Below the pieces are notes generated by a model. That model did no database searches. It was not told the DNA's origin and saw only the letters and a list, made by a program, of their open reading frames with translations. From the NCBI GenBank assembly GCA_013043705.1, contig JABDNS010000036.1, positions 2,390 to 66,389 on the forward strand: DNA of 64,000 nucleotides, read 5' to 3'. Position numbers and translations under genes: made by a program. Within the stretch, counting starts at the first letter, position 1. Each line of letters begins with the position of its first letter. Below are positions 27,734 through 38,536 of this stretch, in pieces. The stretch comes from Pseudomonadales bacterium. GTDB lineage: Bacteria; Pseudomonadota; Gammaproteobacteria; Pseudomonadales; UBA7434.

Positions 27734-27859
27734 AATAAAGCTGCTGGCGCCGAATCAAGATGCAAATGACGCAAATGCAGCAAAAAGCGATGCGAATGCA
27801 GCAGACAAAACAGGAGATCAAGCATTGATGCTAATTATTCCAGACCAGCGCGGCAAATT

Positions 27860-28597
27860 GTGACCCGTCTGGTTTTATACAATATATGCTATGGCATTGG
27901 CACCGTACGCAAACGCGACCTGGCTTTGCATGGTGCGCGCTATGTGATTGGTAACCAGTCCAACCTGCAAGCTGTCGCAGATTACATCGCGGAATTCAAA
28001 GCCGATATCGTCGGCCTTGTTGAGGTAGATTGCGGCTCATTGCGCGCGCGTCGTGTCAACCAAGCTGAGGTTATCGCCGAACAGTTGGGCCATTACACAG
28101 CCTATAGCTGCAAGTATGGCAAGAACTCGATAAACCAGTACCTGCCTATTCTTAGAAAACAAAGCAACGCGTTTCTTGCCAACGATATTATTCACGGCGA
28201 GCGCTTTCACTATTTTGATGAAGGCGTCAAAAAACTCATCATTGAACTGGAAATGGAGCATTACGCGATTTTCCTGGTGCACCTATCATTGCAATTCAAA
28301 CAGCGCCAGCTGCAGCTAAAACGCCTGTATGACCTGATTAGTGAAACCGATAAACCGGTTATCGTTGCCGGCGACATGAATACCTTTGCAGGCGATAAGG
28401 AACTTACCTTATTTAAGCAAGCCGCAGGTATGCGCAGCGCCAACGAAGAACACCTGCCCTCTTTTCCAAGCTGGCGACCAAAGATGGAGCTGGATTTTAT
28501 TTTGTACCAGGATGGTATAGAAATTGAGAATTTTGAAATTCCGCAAACAACGCTGTCTGATCACCTGCCGCTGGTTTGCGATTTTTCATTGCGCTGA
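27860..28597 (+). CDS. endonuclease/exonuclease/phosphatase (EEP) family protein
   Basis: GTG start. ADIVGLVEVD, VIVAGDMNT and a terminal LSDHLPLVCDF. Confidence 0.7.
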   Translation: MTRLVLYNICYGIGTVRKRDLALHGARYVIGNQSNLQAVADYIAEFKADIVGLVEVDCGSLRARRVNQAEVIAEQLGHYTAYSCKYGKNSINQYLPILRKQSNAFLANDIIHGERFHYFDEGVKKLIIELEMEHYAIFLVHLSLQFKQRQLQLKRLYDLISETDKPVIVAGDMNTFAGDKELTLFKQAAGMRSANEEHLPSFPSWRPKMELDFILYQDGIEIENFEIPQTTLSDHLPLVCDFSLR

Positions 28598-28631
28598 ACA
28601 ACCCGCAACAACAATACAGCTGTAGCCGTTA

Positions 28632-30203
28632 CTAGTTGTTGCCAGCAACAGCCACCTTCACTTTAAGCGGCTGGCCCGGCCTCAGGTATTCTTTTGGCGC
28701 AAGATCATTCCAGTCTAGTAATTCAGAAACACTCACATTGTAATGCGAGGCAATGCGCGACAGGCTGTCACCCTGACGCACACGGTAGGTGAAGCTGCGT
28801 GATACCGTTGCGCGACCTGAATTCTTCGAAGCCGCTTTGCGCCAAACCACAAGGCGCTTGCCGGGCAACAGCGTATCGCCTGCAGCCTTACCATTCCAGC
28901 GCGCCAGCGTTGCTGACGAAACATTGTAGCGCTTGCCAATCTTCCACCAACTATCACCCGGCTTAACCGTGTACCAGGATTTTTCGCGACCGCGATAGCG
29001 CGAACCCAGTGCCAATTGTCGCTGGTCTTCGCTCAGCACATAATGTGCGCTTGACTCGCTGGCAACCGGGACTAGCAAAGCCTGGCCCGCGCGTATCCGA
29101 TGCGCTTGAATATTGTTCGCCCTGGCAATCAGCTGGTGCCTTGAGGAGAACTTTTTCGCAATACCCGACAGCGTATCTCCGGTCTTTACCACGTAGCGAT
29201 GCCACTTCAGTCGGTCTGCACTATTGGTTTTTTCCAGCTCACTTGCAAAACGACCCGCGTTTTCCACCGGCAGCAACAATTGATGCGGACCTTCGGGCGG
29301 TGTTGCCCAACGACTAAAACCCGGATTCAATTTATACAATGCACGCATTTCAATGCCGGCCATCTTGGCCGCTTGTGCGAGGTCAATTTGGGAGTCGAGC
29401 TCTACAATCTCAAAGTGAGGTGCATTGGCAACCGGCCAGATAGCCTTGCCGTAGTGTTGAGGGTCGCTCAGTACTGCGCGCAACGCCAACAAACGCGGCA
29501 CATAGCGGGAAGTTTCTGTGGGTAGACGCAAAGACCAGTAATCGGTTTGCAGGCCGGCTTTACGATTTTTGCGGATGGCGCGACTAACCCTGGCCGGGCC
29601 ACCATTGTAGGCCGCCAACGCCAATAACCAGTCGTCAAAGCGATTGTGTAGATAGCTTAGGTAATCGAGCGCGGCCTCGGTAGAGGCGAGTACATCGCGC
29701 CTGCCGTCATACCACCAGTTTTGCTCGAGCTTGTAGTGCCGGCCAGTGGCTGGAATAAACTGCCATAGGCCGGTAGCGCGACCGGGCGAATACGCGAAAG
29801 CGTCGTAAGCACTTTCGATCATCGGCACCAATGCCAACTCCAATGGCAAACCGCGCTCCTTGCAGCGCTGCACAATGTGATAAGCATAGGGCTCGGAACG
29901 ACGCGTTACTCGCTCAAGGTAACTGCGGTTGCGCTTTAGCCAATTGATCTCTTCTACAATGGCCTTGCTGCCGATTGGTGCCAGGAAGTCTGCAGTTTCA
30001 CCAAAGCGCTGTGCTGTGCTCTCCCACAAGCTTGTATAGCTTTGCACAACCGTGTTCGACTCTGCGGCAGCCAAATCCAGGCAAAGCACCCAAGCGAATA
30101 TCAGTGTGAGTACAGGCCGGCAAAATCCATTTTCAGGCTTTGCCGAACACGCACTGTTGCGAGCGCAACCGATTGCGCCGTTATATGCCTGATAGAAAAA
30201 CAC
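28632..30203 (-). CDS. mltD: membrane-bound lytic murein transglycosylase D-like (SLT domain plus three LysM)
   Basis: SLT catalytic block MIESAYDAFAYSPGRATGLWQF. LysM repeats YVVKTGDTLSGIAKKF, YTVKPGDSWWKIGKRY and YRVRQGDSLSRIASHY. Confidence 0.8.
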   Translation of the reverse strand: MFFYQAYNGAIGCARNSACSAKPENGFCRPVLTLIFAWVLCLDLAAAESNTVVQSYTSLWESTAQRFGETADFLAPIGSKAIVEEINWLKRNRSYLERVTRRSEPYAYHIVQRCKERGLPLELALVPMIESAYDAFAYSPGRATGLWQFIPATGRHYKLEQNWWYDGRRDVLASTEAALDYLSYLHNRFDDWLLALAAYNGGPARVSRAIRKNRKAGLQTDYWSLRLPTETSRYVPRLLALRAVLSDPQHYGKAIWPVANAPHFEIVELDSQIDLAQAAKMAGIEMRALYKLNPGFSRWATPPEGPHQLLLPVENAGRFASELEKTNSADRLKWHRYVVKTGDTLSGIAKKFSSRHQLIARANNIQAHRIRAGQALLVPVASESSAHYVLSEDQRQLALGSRYRGREKSWYTVKPGDSWWKIGKRYNVSSATLARWNGKAAGDTLLPGKRLVVWRKAASKNSGRATVSRSFTYRVRQGDSLSRIASHYNVSVSELLDWNDLAPKEYLRPGQPLKVKVAVAGNN

Positions 30204-30399
30204 GAATTATTGTCCGTTATCCGAAGACTCACATGGGGCGCCAATTACTTGATAATAAAACTGTCACCCTGAAGATTAAGTATATTGGATTCACGCAAGG
30301 CTGCCGAGCAATGTGAAGGCGCTTATTGACGGCAATGGCAAGATAAACCGCAAATTGATTATTGGGTGAGCAAAAAACCGCAGCCTCTCGACTTTAACG

Positions 30400-30969
30400 C
30401 TAATCGTACTTGAGCTTGTATTTATCGTATTTGGCCATAATTTCTTCCAGCTGCGTCTTGATATTACCGGAGGGCTGTACGAGGTCTTCAAAGCGAATAA
30501 GCTTGTTCTGGTAATCCAGCACCAACAACGAAATAGGCACATCAGCTTCGTGTGCAATTCTGAGAAAACCTGACTTCCAGCGTTTTACCCGCTTCCTGGT
30601 TCCCTCTGGCGTCATAACCAACCAGCAGCTTTCGCTCTCATGCATAATCCGGATAGCTTCACCGACCGCCCCCTGTGGTGCTTTTCTGTCGATGGGAACA
30701 AAACCCAGCCGCCTGAAAAAATTCGCCAGCGGCCAAAAGAACGCCTCCTGCTTCATCATTATGGTTACGTCGATACGGTAATAGATAATCAGTGCCGCCG
30801 CGAAGACGAAGTCCCAGTTGCTGCAATGCGGCGCCGCGCAAACAACAACCTTGCGCTCATTCGGTAACTCACCATAAAACTTCCAGTTCGATACTCGCAA
30901 AATTAACGCCGCAAGCCACCGTAATGGCAGGTCATCGCGAGTGGGCATTTTCTCTGAGAGTTTAAACAT
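30400..30969 (-). CDS. lysophospholipid (PlsC-type) acyltransferase family protein
   Basis: H(x4)D motif AAPHCSNWD, then FFRRLGFVPIDR and TPEGTRKR. Confidence 0.75.
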   Translation of the reverse strand: MFKLSEKMPTRDDLPLRWLAALILRVSNWKFYGELPNERKVVVCAAPHCSNWDFVFAAALIIYYRIDVTIMMKQEAFFWPLANFFRRLGFVPIDRKAPQGAVGEAIRIMHESESCWLVMTPEGTRKRVKRWKSGFLRIAHEADVPISLLVLDYQNKLIRFEDLVQPSGNIKTQLEEIMAKYDKYKLKYD

Positions 30970-31023
30970 ATATAGCGAATATTAACTTAAGAATGCTTAA
31001 AAAAGTCGCTCTTTGCATACAGG

Positions 31024-32448
31024 TCAGAGCAGTGAATCCCGCTGCTGGAGCAGATATTCTCGCAAAGACACAAGTAGTGCGCTAGCGCCAGCTTCGGTGT
31101 TTTTGGCAATTACCTGCTCTACTTTCTCTATTTCAGCTAACAGGGGTGCCTCGGTGCCGAGCAATTTGTCGCGACAATACTCAAGCCACTCCTGCCGCTC
31201 GCTTTCGCTAAGCGAAGCGGGAAAATTTCTAGCGCGATAGCGAAATAACAACTCAGGCAGGCGCTTGTCTTCGAAAACAAAAGTACGCTGGGCCAGCGCA
31301 TCACCATTAAGAGACATGATTTCCTGCAGGGTTTGCCGATCACGATCGCCAATAAAACCACTATAAAGCATTGCTTCAGCATCCTGCCCGCTGTCGTCGA
31401 ATCGATTCTGCCTGGCCATTGCCTGCAGCTTCGCTTGCAAGCCCTCAGCACCGAGCAACTGCTGGCGATGCTGCTCTGCAAGTGCAACATCAATGTTACT
31501 ACGTTGCAGTAGCTCATCATTTAACAAGCCTGTACTGAGCACTATCGGGCTTTTGTTGATGTGCACCGACTTGAGCGGGATTCGCTGCACCCCCGCGGGT
31601 AATTGGTCAGCGCGCGTGTACAAATATTTCGCCAGCTGTTCAGCACTGTAATCCAGGAGTGGCGTCGGCGAATATCGCAAATCGGCACAAAGCACCTCGT
31701 TTTTATTAACCGGGTGTCTGCAAAGCGGTAGAATCAACGACGCGCAAGCTTCACTAGCGGGGAACCGTGCACTTATGTGCAAGCGTGGCTGGCCACTGCC
31801 TAACTTGAGTGCCCGCTCGGCAACGCGTTTATCGCGGAGTCCGTAAAGGTGTTGGTAGAGCCCGGGTTCTCGCTCGCGAACCAGCATAGCCAGTGCCAGC
31901 GTAGCCCTTACATCGCTAAGCGCATCGTGCGCGTCTTCGTGGCTCAACCCGTTTTCCGGCGCCAGTCGATCCAACCGAAAACTGGCCATGCCATCTTCTC
32001 GCAGCGGCCAACTTAGCGCCGCTGGCTTTAACGCATAGCAACTACGCACAACATCAATTAAATCCCAGCGCGAGTTGCCCTGTTTGTACTCGCGTGCATA
32101 CGGATCATAAAAATTCCGGTAAAGCCCGAATCGGGTGAACTCATCGTCAAAACGAATGCTGTTGTAGCCTAACGAGCAAGTTCCCGGCTTGCTTAACTCG
32201 GCGTGAATAACTGCAAAAAACTCGCGCTCGGAAACGCCCTCGCGCTCGGCACGCTGCGGCGTGATACCGGTAACCAAACACGCCTCCATATGTGGCAGCG
32301 TATCCAGCGCCGGTTTGCAAAAAATGTTCACAGGCTTGCCAACTACCGAGCCGTCGGCGGAGGTCCTGATTCCGGCAAACTGCGACGGCCTGTCGTGCGC
32401 CGGGCGAATGCCCCAGGTTTCGTAGTCGTGCCAAAAAAATGTTTCCAT
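31024..32448 (-). CDS. sbcB: exodeoxyribonuclease I
   Basis: ETFFWHDYETWG.RPAHDRPSQFAGIRT, YNSIRFDDEFTR and HDALSDV DEDDh exonuclease motifs. 474 aa. Confidence 0.9.
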   Translation of the reverse strand: METFFWHDYETWGIRPAHDRPSQFAGIRTSADGSVVGKPVNIFCKPALDTLPHMEACLVTGITPQRAEREGVSEREFFAVIHAELSKPGTCSLGYNSIRFDDEFTRFGLYRNFYDPYAREYKQGNSRWDLIDVVRSCYALKPAALSWPLREDGMASFRLDRLAPENGLSHEDAHDALSDVRATLALAMLVREREPGLYQHLYGLRDKRVAERALKLGSGQPRLHISARFPASEACASLILPLCRHPVNKNEVLCADLRYSPTPLLDYSAEQLAKYLYTRADQLPAGVQRIPLKSVHINKSPIVLSTGLLNDELLQRSNIDVALAEQHRQQLLGAEGLQAKLQAMARQNRFDDSGQDAEAMLYSGFIGDRDRQTLQEIMSLNGDALAQRTFVFEDKRLPELLFRYRARNFPASLSESERQEWLEYCRDKLLGTEAPLLAEIEKVEQVIAKNTEAGASALLVSLREYLLQQRDSLL

Positions 32449-32458
32449 AACGTACTGT

Positions 32459-34288
32459 TCATTCCGCTTCGTGGTTAGGCGCTTGCAAAGGCGTATCCCT
32501 GAACTGCAGGCTCGCCAGCCGGGCGTAAAGTGGCGATTTTTGCAGCAACTGCTGGTGCGTTCCTACCGCCGCAATTTTGCCTGACTCCATCACATATATT
32601 CTATCCGCATGCAAAATCGTGGATAGACGATGCGCGATAATCAGCGTGGTGCGGTCTTTTACTAGCTCATCAAGTGCTTGCTGCACCAGGTGTTCACTCT
32701 GCGAATCCAGCGCGCTGGTGGCTTCATCAAGTAACAGTAAACGTGGATTTTTTAGTATCGCCCTGGCGATCGCAATTCGCTGGCGCTGCCCGCCCGACAG
32801 GCGCACGCCCTGCTCACCCAGATAGCTGGCATAAGCTTCGGGCAGCTGCGCAATAAACTCGTGTGCATTGGCCGCGCGCGCGGCGGCAATAACTTCCTGC
32901 TCTGTCGCGCCGGGCCTGCCGTAGCGAATATTGCTGGCCACGTCGCCGGTAAACAACGCTGGCTGTTGCGCCACAACCGCGATCTGGCTCCGCAATTCCG
33001 CCGGATCCATCTGGCGAATATCACAGCCGTGAAAAAAAATCGCGCCTCGCTGCGGGTCGTAAAAGCGCTGCAAAAGCTCAAACAGCGTCGACTTGCCTGC
33101 CCCCGAGGGGCCTACCAGCGCTATACACTCGCCCTCTTCAACTTGTAAATCAACGCCGCAAAGCGCCGGCGTTTCGGGCCTACTGGGATAGGCAAACTGC
33201 ACTCCGTCAAAATCCAGCATATGTCGATCGCCGTCCATCCGGGCGCCGGCATTGCTTCGCGGCCTGTCACCAAACCCGGACACCTGGCCGCTTGGCGCTG
33301 TTATCTCACGCTCAACATCCAGCAGCTCCACAAGCCGCTCGGTAGCGCCCGCTGCGCGCAGGAGTTCGGTCCAGACCTCAGAAATAGTCGCCGCACCCAT
33401 GGCAACCAGCATGGCGTAAAAAACAAACGCCGCCAGGTCACCGGGGGTCATTTCTCCTGCAATTACGTCGTGCCCACCCACCCACAGCATCGCCGACAAA
33501 ACGGCAAACACCATCAACATAACGATCGACAGCATAAACGCGCGCACGCGAATGCGCACTCGAGCGACATCGAAAGCGCGCTCTACCTGCTCAGCAAAGG
33601 CGCGTTGCTCTTCAGGTTCACGAGTAAAACTTTGCACCGTTTTTATATGCTGGATTATTTCGCCGGCGTAACTACCAACGTCAGCCACCGTGTCCTGGCT
33701 GGCACGCGAAAGTTTTTTTACTCGCCGCCCAAGTATTGCCAGCGGCAATAAAACCAGCGGCACTGCGCCAACAACGAGCAGCATCAGTTTGGCATTAGTG
33801 ATAAACAACATCACCAAACCACCGAAAGAGGTCAGTGCGCTACGCAGCGCCATTGAAATGGAACTACCAATAATCGTTTGTAACAAGGTTGTATCGGTTG
33901 TGATTCTTGATGCAATTTCACCGCTGCGGTTTGTTTCGTAAAACCCGGGGTGAAGGTAGACGATATGATTGAACACGTCGCGCCGGATATCGGCCGAGAC
34001 TCGCTCGCCAAGCCATGACACCAGGTAAAAACGAACAAAAGTACCGAGCGCAAATAGCACCGTTAGCAGCAGCAACAGCGCTACCGCTCGATCCAGCAGC
34101 GCACCGGAGTTTTCCCCGAAACCGGAGTCTATAAGCAGCTTCAGGCCTTGCCCCAGCGATAGCGACAGCACCGAAGTAAACACCAGCGCAAACATCGCGG
34201 CGCTCCAGCGCCACTTGTAGCGCAGCAAATAGCCAAGCAAATGTCGCAGCGGGGTCAAGCGTGCAGGCAGTGGTGAGAACGAGTTCAC
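32459..34288 (-). CDS. ABC transporter, fused permease/ATPase (ABCB/MsbA-like exporter)
   Basis: 6 TM N-terminal half. Walker A GPSGAGKST, signature LSGGQRQRIAIARA, Walker B LLLLDEATSALD. Confidence 0.85.
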   Translation of the reverse strand: MNSFSPLPARLTPLRHLLGYLLRYKWRWSAAMFALVFTSVLSLSLGQGLKLLIDSGFGENSGALLDRAVALLLLLTVLFALGTFVRFYLVSWLGERVSADIRRDVFNHIVYLHPGFYETNRSGEIASRITTDTTLLQTIIGSSISMALRSALTSFGGLVMLFITNAKLMLLVVGAVPLVLLPLAILGRRVKKLSRASQDTVADVGSYAGEIIQHIKTVQSFTREPEEQRAFAEQVERAFDVARVRIRVRAFMLSIVMLMVFAVLSAMLWVGGHDVIAGEMTPGDLAAFVFYAMLVAMGAATISEVWTELLRAAGATERLVELLDVEREITAPSGQVSGFGDRPRSNAGARMDGDRHMLDFDGVQFAYPSRPETPALCGVDLQVEEGECIALVGPSGAGKSTLFELLQRFYDPQRGAIFFHGCDIRQMDPAELRSQIAVVAQQPALFTGDVASNIRYGRPGATEQEVIAAARAANAHEFIAQLPEAYASYLGEQGVRLSGGQRQRIAIARAILKNPRLLLLDEATSALDSQSEHLVQQALDELVKDRTTLIIAHRLSTILHADRIYVMESGKIAAVGTHQQLLQKSPLYARLASLQFRDTPLQAPNHEAE

Positions 34289-34425
34289 GTTAGTAATGCG
34301 CCCTGGTTACAAAGCCCGGATTAGCTTGCGGACCGTTTGAATTTTGATCATCTTACAACAGCGGAGCTGAACTACACTGTTTAAATAGCGGGAATATCAG
34401 ACGCAGCAGAAGAAAAGCCCAAATC

Positions 34426-35469
34426 ATGGCCAAACATTTATCAGTATCGGAATTTATGTCGCGCAACGTCACTTATGTGAATTGCAACGAAAAACTCCTG
34501 CCTATAGCGAAAACCATGCGCACAGAAAATATCTCCTGCGTAATGGTTATGGATAGCGAAGAAGATACCCCCGAAGAAAAACTGGCAGAGCGCTTTCCGG
34601 TCGGCATTATCACCGAGCGCAACATCGTCCACTTCCTTGCCAACCACGCCGGCCAGGGGCTTGACCACGTGACCGCACGCGCCGTGGCGCCACCAACACT
34701 CGTGTCGGTGCACGAGGGTGATTCACTGTTTGAGGCAATGGTGCTGTGTCGCAGCCAGCGCGTCAAACACCTTGCCGTACTCGACAAAGAGGAGCATTTG
34801 GTTGGTGTTATCACCTACTCCGACTTGGTAGATGCAAACTACAACCAGATCGAACTGCAGGCCGCCCTGCTTGGCGGTGAAGCTAATGAAGGTGACCTGA
34901 ATGCGCAACTCATGGAGCTCAGCCTTACTGACCCCATGCTGCACATTGGCAATCGCCGCTCAATGGAGATTGACCTCAAGCAAACTCACGAACTTTCGAT
35001 ACGCTATAACCGCCCTTACAGCATTGCTTTGCTGGATATAGATTTTTTCAAACCCTACAACGACAATTACGGGCACCAGGCAGGCGACGAAGCGCTAATC
35101 GCCGTAACCAGTACGCTAAACAATACAGTGCGCGGTAGTGACCGGCTTTATCGCTACGGCGGTGAGGAATTCCTGCTACTCATGCCCGAAACTAACCTGG
35201 AAGCCGCGCGCAATGCCGCACAGCGTTTGCTAACACGCGTAGCTAACGCCAACATCAAACATGAGCACTCGCCATTCGGACATATAACCGTAAGCATCGG
35301 CACCCATTCATTCGACCCTGAAATGGAGCTCAATGCGATTAACCAGCGCGAGCTTTACATCAAGGAAGCGAAAAAGTTTTGCGAACAAGGTATCGCCGCT
35401 GCCGATAAAGCGCTATACGCAGCCAAAAATGACGGCAGGAACCGTGCCGTAGCGGCTGTAGATCTATAG
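34426..35469 (+). CDS. CBS-pair plus GGDEF diguanylate cyclase
   Basis: Two CBS motifs (SEFMSRNV..; VITYSDLV), then DIDFFKPYNDNYGHQAGD and RYGGEEF with I-site RGSD five residues upstream. Confidence 0.85.
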   Translation: MAKHLSVSEFMSRNVTYVNCNEKLLPIAKTMRTENISCVMVMDSEEDTPEEKLAERFPVGIITERNIVHFLANHAGQGLDHVTARAVAPPTLVSVHEGDSLFEAMVLCRSQRVKHLAVLDKEEHLVGVITYSDLVDANYNQIELQAALLGGEANEGDLNAQLMELSLTDPMLHIGNRRSMEIDLKQTHELSIRYNRPYSIALLDIDFFKPYNDNYGHQAGDEALIAVTSTLNNTVRGSDRLYRYGGEEFLLLMPETNLEAARNAAQRLLTRVANANIKHEHSPFGHITVSIGTHSFDPEMELNAINQRELYIKEAKKFCEQGIAAADKALYAAKNDGRNRAVAAVDL

Positions 35470-35529
35470 CCGCCAAGCTGTAACAGCTAATACCTGAAAA
35501 ACGCCTACCTCATCTTTGCCAAAAACGCT

Positions 35530-35910
35530 TCACACTACCCTGTGTAGCGCACAGATTTTATTTCCTGAGGGATCTCGCAAATAAGCCAGGTACATCTTAC
35601 CTAGCCCGCCTTCCCTGATGCCCGGGGGCTCCTCACAGCTAGCACCCCCGTTGGCCACGCCCGCCGCATGGAATGCTTCGGCAGCTTCAGAACTTTTTGC
35701 AGCAAATCCGATGGTGCTGCCATTACCATGCGAAGCCGGCTCGCCATTGATTGGCGGCGTAATTGCAAATACACCGCTGGCAGTGAACCAGAAACAGCGA
35801 CCCTTATCGTCAAGCGTGCCTGGCTCATAGCCCAGCGCACCCAAAATGGCATCGTAAAATTTCTTCGACGCCTGCATATCGTCGGCGCCGAGCATAATAT
35901 GGCTAAACAT
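35530..35910 (-). CDS. VOC/glyoxalase family protein
   Basis: 126 aa. MFSHIMLGADD...S..FYD, a paired beta-alpha-beta-beta-beta module pattern, and YLRDP.GNK at the C-terminus. Confidence 0.75.
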   Translation of the reverse strand: MFSHIMLGADDMQASKKFYDAILGALGYEPGTLDDKGRCFWFTASGVFAITPPINGEPASHGNGSTIGFAAKSSEAAEAFHAAGVANGGASCEEPPGIREGGLGKMYLAYLRDPSGNKICALHRVV

Positions 35911-36064
35911 GTTGTATCCTCATATCAGCTGCTGATTTTTTACCAGCAGGTAGCGTATTAAAACTTTCCTATCGAACATTTTATCACAGCGCGGTGTATT
36001 CAACGTTGTGCAATCAATGTTATAGAATAATAATTATTAAGCAATCCAGGGCATGGCCTTTAAA

Positions 36065-36511
36065 CTAAGCCCGCTTTGCCAACCAGCGATCCAACTGGTT
36101 CGCAAAGGCCTGCTTGTCGTTTGCGCCCATGGCAGGCGGCCCGCCAGTTTGCACGCCACTGGCACGCATCGTTTCCATAAAATCGCGAATATTCAAACGC
36201 GACTTGATATTTTCAGCGGTAAATAATTCACCGCGCGGGCTTAGCGCCACCGCGCCTTTGCTTAGCACTTCATCGGCCAGTGGTATATCACTGGTAATCA
36301 CCAGGTCACCTTCTGCCGAGCGTTTGACAATCTCGTTGTCGGCCACATCAAAGCCAGCCCCCACCTGCACACTACTAATAAAACGCGAGCGCGGCGTTTG
36401 CATAAACTGGTTGGCCACCAGCGTAAGCTGTGTGCCTGTGCGCTCGGCGGCGCGAAACAAAATATCCTTAATAACAACCGGACAGGCGTCTGCATCGACC
36501 CAGATTTTCAT
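36065..36511 (-). CDS. yaiI: YaiI/YqxD family protein (UPF0178)
   Basis: [24 protein letters not shown] is the signature N-terminus. Overlaps the GNAT stop by 4 nt. Confidence 0.8.
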   Translation of the reverse strand: MKIWVDADACPVVIKDILFRAAERTGTQLTLVANQFMQTPRSRFISSVQVGAGFDVADNEIVKRSAEGDLVITSDIPLADEVLSKGAVALSPRGELFTAENIKSRLNIRDFMETMRASGVQTGGPPAMGANDKQAFANQLDRWLAKRA

Positions 36512-37131
36512 AATCGCGGCGCTCTTTTCATGGCCCAGAGTGTTGGGCCACCATCAGGCACGCGAATTGCTGATTGCACCTCAAACCCATGGCGTTCATA
36601 CAATGGATTATTTTTTTCGTTACTGGATTCCAGGTAAGCTGGCATATGCTGCGCATCGCAGTCGAGCAACCCTTGCTTGAGTAATGCGGACCCAATGCCG
36701 CTGCCTTGATAATCTAATTTAACCCCAATGGCATGCAGGTAATAATGTGGCTCGCGCATATGATGTTCTGCGCATAAACGATCGATCAACAAACCGCGTC
36801 GGCAGCCTTGAATTACGGCGTTGTAAAAAATTTTCCAAAAAACCAGCAACGATCGCCAATGCAGCGGCACCTTTGAAGAAACACCAGGCGGTAGCCACAT
36901 CGCCGCAGCACTATGCTCGCCACTAATATATATTTCTCCATAATCCTTATAGAGCGCCTCTGCTTCGGCGCGAAAGAACGCGGCATAAATATCCGGGTTC
37001 CCGGCGAACCACGCGAATACTGGGTCATGCGTGAATGCATCGCCCAGGATATCGCTAACCACCGAAAGCTGTGAGTCATTTGCCAGCTCAATGCTATGCC
37101 CGGTATTAGCTTGCACATAGACATCGCTCAT
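36508..37131 (-). CDS. GNAT family N-acetyltransferase
   Basis: Acetyl-CoA motif A: [19 protein letters not shown], then ..YERHGFE. Confidence 0.7.
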   Translation of the reverse strand: MSDVYVQANTGHSIELANDSQLSVVSDILGDAFTHDPVFAWFAGNPDIYAAFFRAEAEALYKDYGEIYISGEHSAAAMWLPPGVSSKVPLHWRSLLVFWKIFYNAVIQGCRRGLLIDRLCAEHHMREPHYYLHAIGVKLDYQGSGIGSALLKQGLLDCDAQHMPAYLESSNEKNNPLYERHGFEVQSAIRVPDGGPTLWAMKRAPRL

Positions 37132-37183
37132 GGCGCCTCCACTACATTTAATGGGGCCATAGTGTGCGCTGCGAAAGGAAATA

Positions 37184-38536
37184 TCACAGCTTGTTTAGCC
37201 ATGGCTGCAGTAACCGATGCACATTCACATGGGCTTCCAGGCGACTGGCCAATAAATACATGCCGCCTACCTTGCGATGCAAGTACAGTGCATCGGCGGG
37301 TGGCGCCTGCCAGAAATCCGTGTGAGCACGCGCACGCTCCCCCAGCGCACCCAGGCTCTCCATCATGCCTGCCAGCGGAAATTCAAGCGCCTCATCATTG
37401 CGAAAAGGCGCCAGCACGGTATTAAATAACTCGAGCAGTAAGCTGCGATAGGCAGAGCCTGGCTCACCCACGGAGTAACCCACTTGTCCGGCGGCTATAC
37501 AAAGCGCATCGTCATCTGAATGCATTGCGGCGCGAAAAAGCTGCATATAATTTTTCGCAAAAGCATTATTAAAGCGCCGCGTTGCGCCAAAATCCAACAA
37601 AATAATTTTTTTGTGCCTGGCATCATACAAATAATTGGCGAAGTTCGGATCCGTTTGCATGTAGTGTAGCTCGAACAACTCTCTAAGTAACAGCTCAAAC
37701 ATGGCAGTGGCAACTTCATTGCGCCGGGCCTGCGACATACCGGCAACGTTCTCGATAGGAATGCCGTTCACATAATCCATGGCCAAAATGGAATGGCCAC
37801 TGAACGCCTGCTCAACCTTCGGCACCAAAAAGCGCGGGTCATTTTTAAGCATATTGGCAAAGCGCTGCTGATGTTTCGCCTCTCGCGCATAGTCCGCTTC
37901 GGCGCGCAGCTGCGCCTTGGCATCGTCCAGCAATGGCTGGATATCAATTGCCTTGGGAATCAAACCAGCTACTCGCAGCAAGGTCGCTACGTTGTCGATG
38001 TCGCTATCGATACTTTTTGCAACGCCAGGGTATTGTATTTTCAATACGATATTGGCGCCATCAAGTGTCTTGGCGCGGTGCACCTGGCCGATTGATGCTG
38101 CGGCTATGGGTGTCTCGTTGAAATGGGCAAACAAACTTCGCCAGTCCTTGCCAAAAGTACGTGACAGGCGTTTATGCAATTGATCGGTGGGCATTGCATA
38201 CGCCGACGAGCGCAAGCGCGAAAGAATTTCGGCGAGTTCCGGCGGCAATAGATCGCCGCCATCCATCGACAACATCTGGCCGAGCTTCATGGCGGCGCCA
38301 CGCATTTCGGCAAGCTGCGCTGTAACGCGCTTCGCATTGCCTGGCGTGAGCAGTAAATCTTTTGCGCTAGGCAACTTGCCACTTGCCAGGCGCCGGCCAC
38401 CCTCTGCCAGCATTCCACCAGCAACACCACCCGCCAACTTCGCCACCTGGCCGAAACGGCCAAAGCGACTGGCAGGCAGCCGCTTCTCGCCTGCCCGGCC
38501 CGGTTTATCAGTGTCAGGTTTATCTGGGCTGGGCAC
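37184..38536 (-). CDS. ABC1/UbiB-family atypical kinase
   Basis: KLGQMLS, PIAAASIGQVHRA, VLKIQYPGV and DPNFANY. The start is uncertain: GTG 38536 is preferred and the track ATG at 38611 lies deep inside the cupin gene. Confidence 0.75.
   Translation of the reverse strand: MPSPDKPDTDKPGRAGEKRLPASRFGRFGQVAKLAGGVAGGMLAEGGRRLASGKLPSAKDLLLTPGNAKRVTAQLAEMRGAAMKLGQMLSMDGGDLLPPELAEILSRLRSSAYAMPTDQLHKRLSRTFGKDWRSLFAHFNETPIAAASIGQVHRAKTLDGANIVLKIQYPGVAKSIDSDIDNVATLLRVAGLIPKAIDIQPLLDDAKAQLRAEADYAREAKHQQRFANMLKNDPRFLVPKVEQAFSGHSILAMDYVNGIPIENVAGMSQARRNEVATAMFELLLRELFELHYMQTDPNFANYLYDARHKKIILLDFGATRRFNNAFAKNYMQLFRAAMHSDDDALCIAAGQVGYSVGEPGSAYRSLLLELFNTVLAPFRNDEALEFPLAGMMESLGALGERARAHTDFWQAPPADALYLHRKVGGMYLLASRLEAHVNVHRLLQPWLNKL

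Noticed and set aside
30291-30557. 88-aa minus-strand ORF spanning the mltD/acyltransferase spacer
   Set aside because: It overlaps the 3' end of the acyltransferase gene in another frame, and the sequence is low-complexity and hydrophobic without an RBS.
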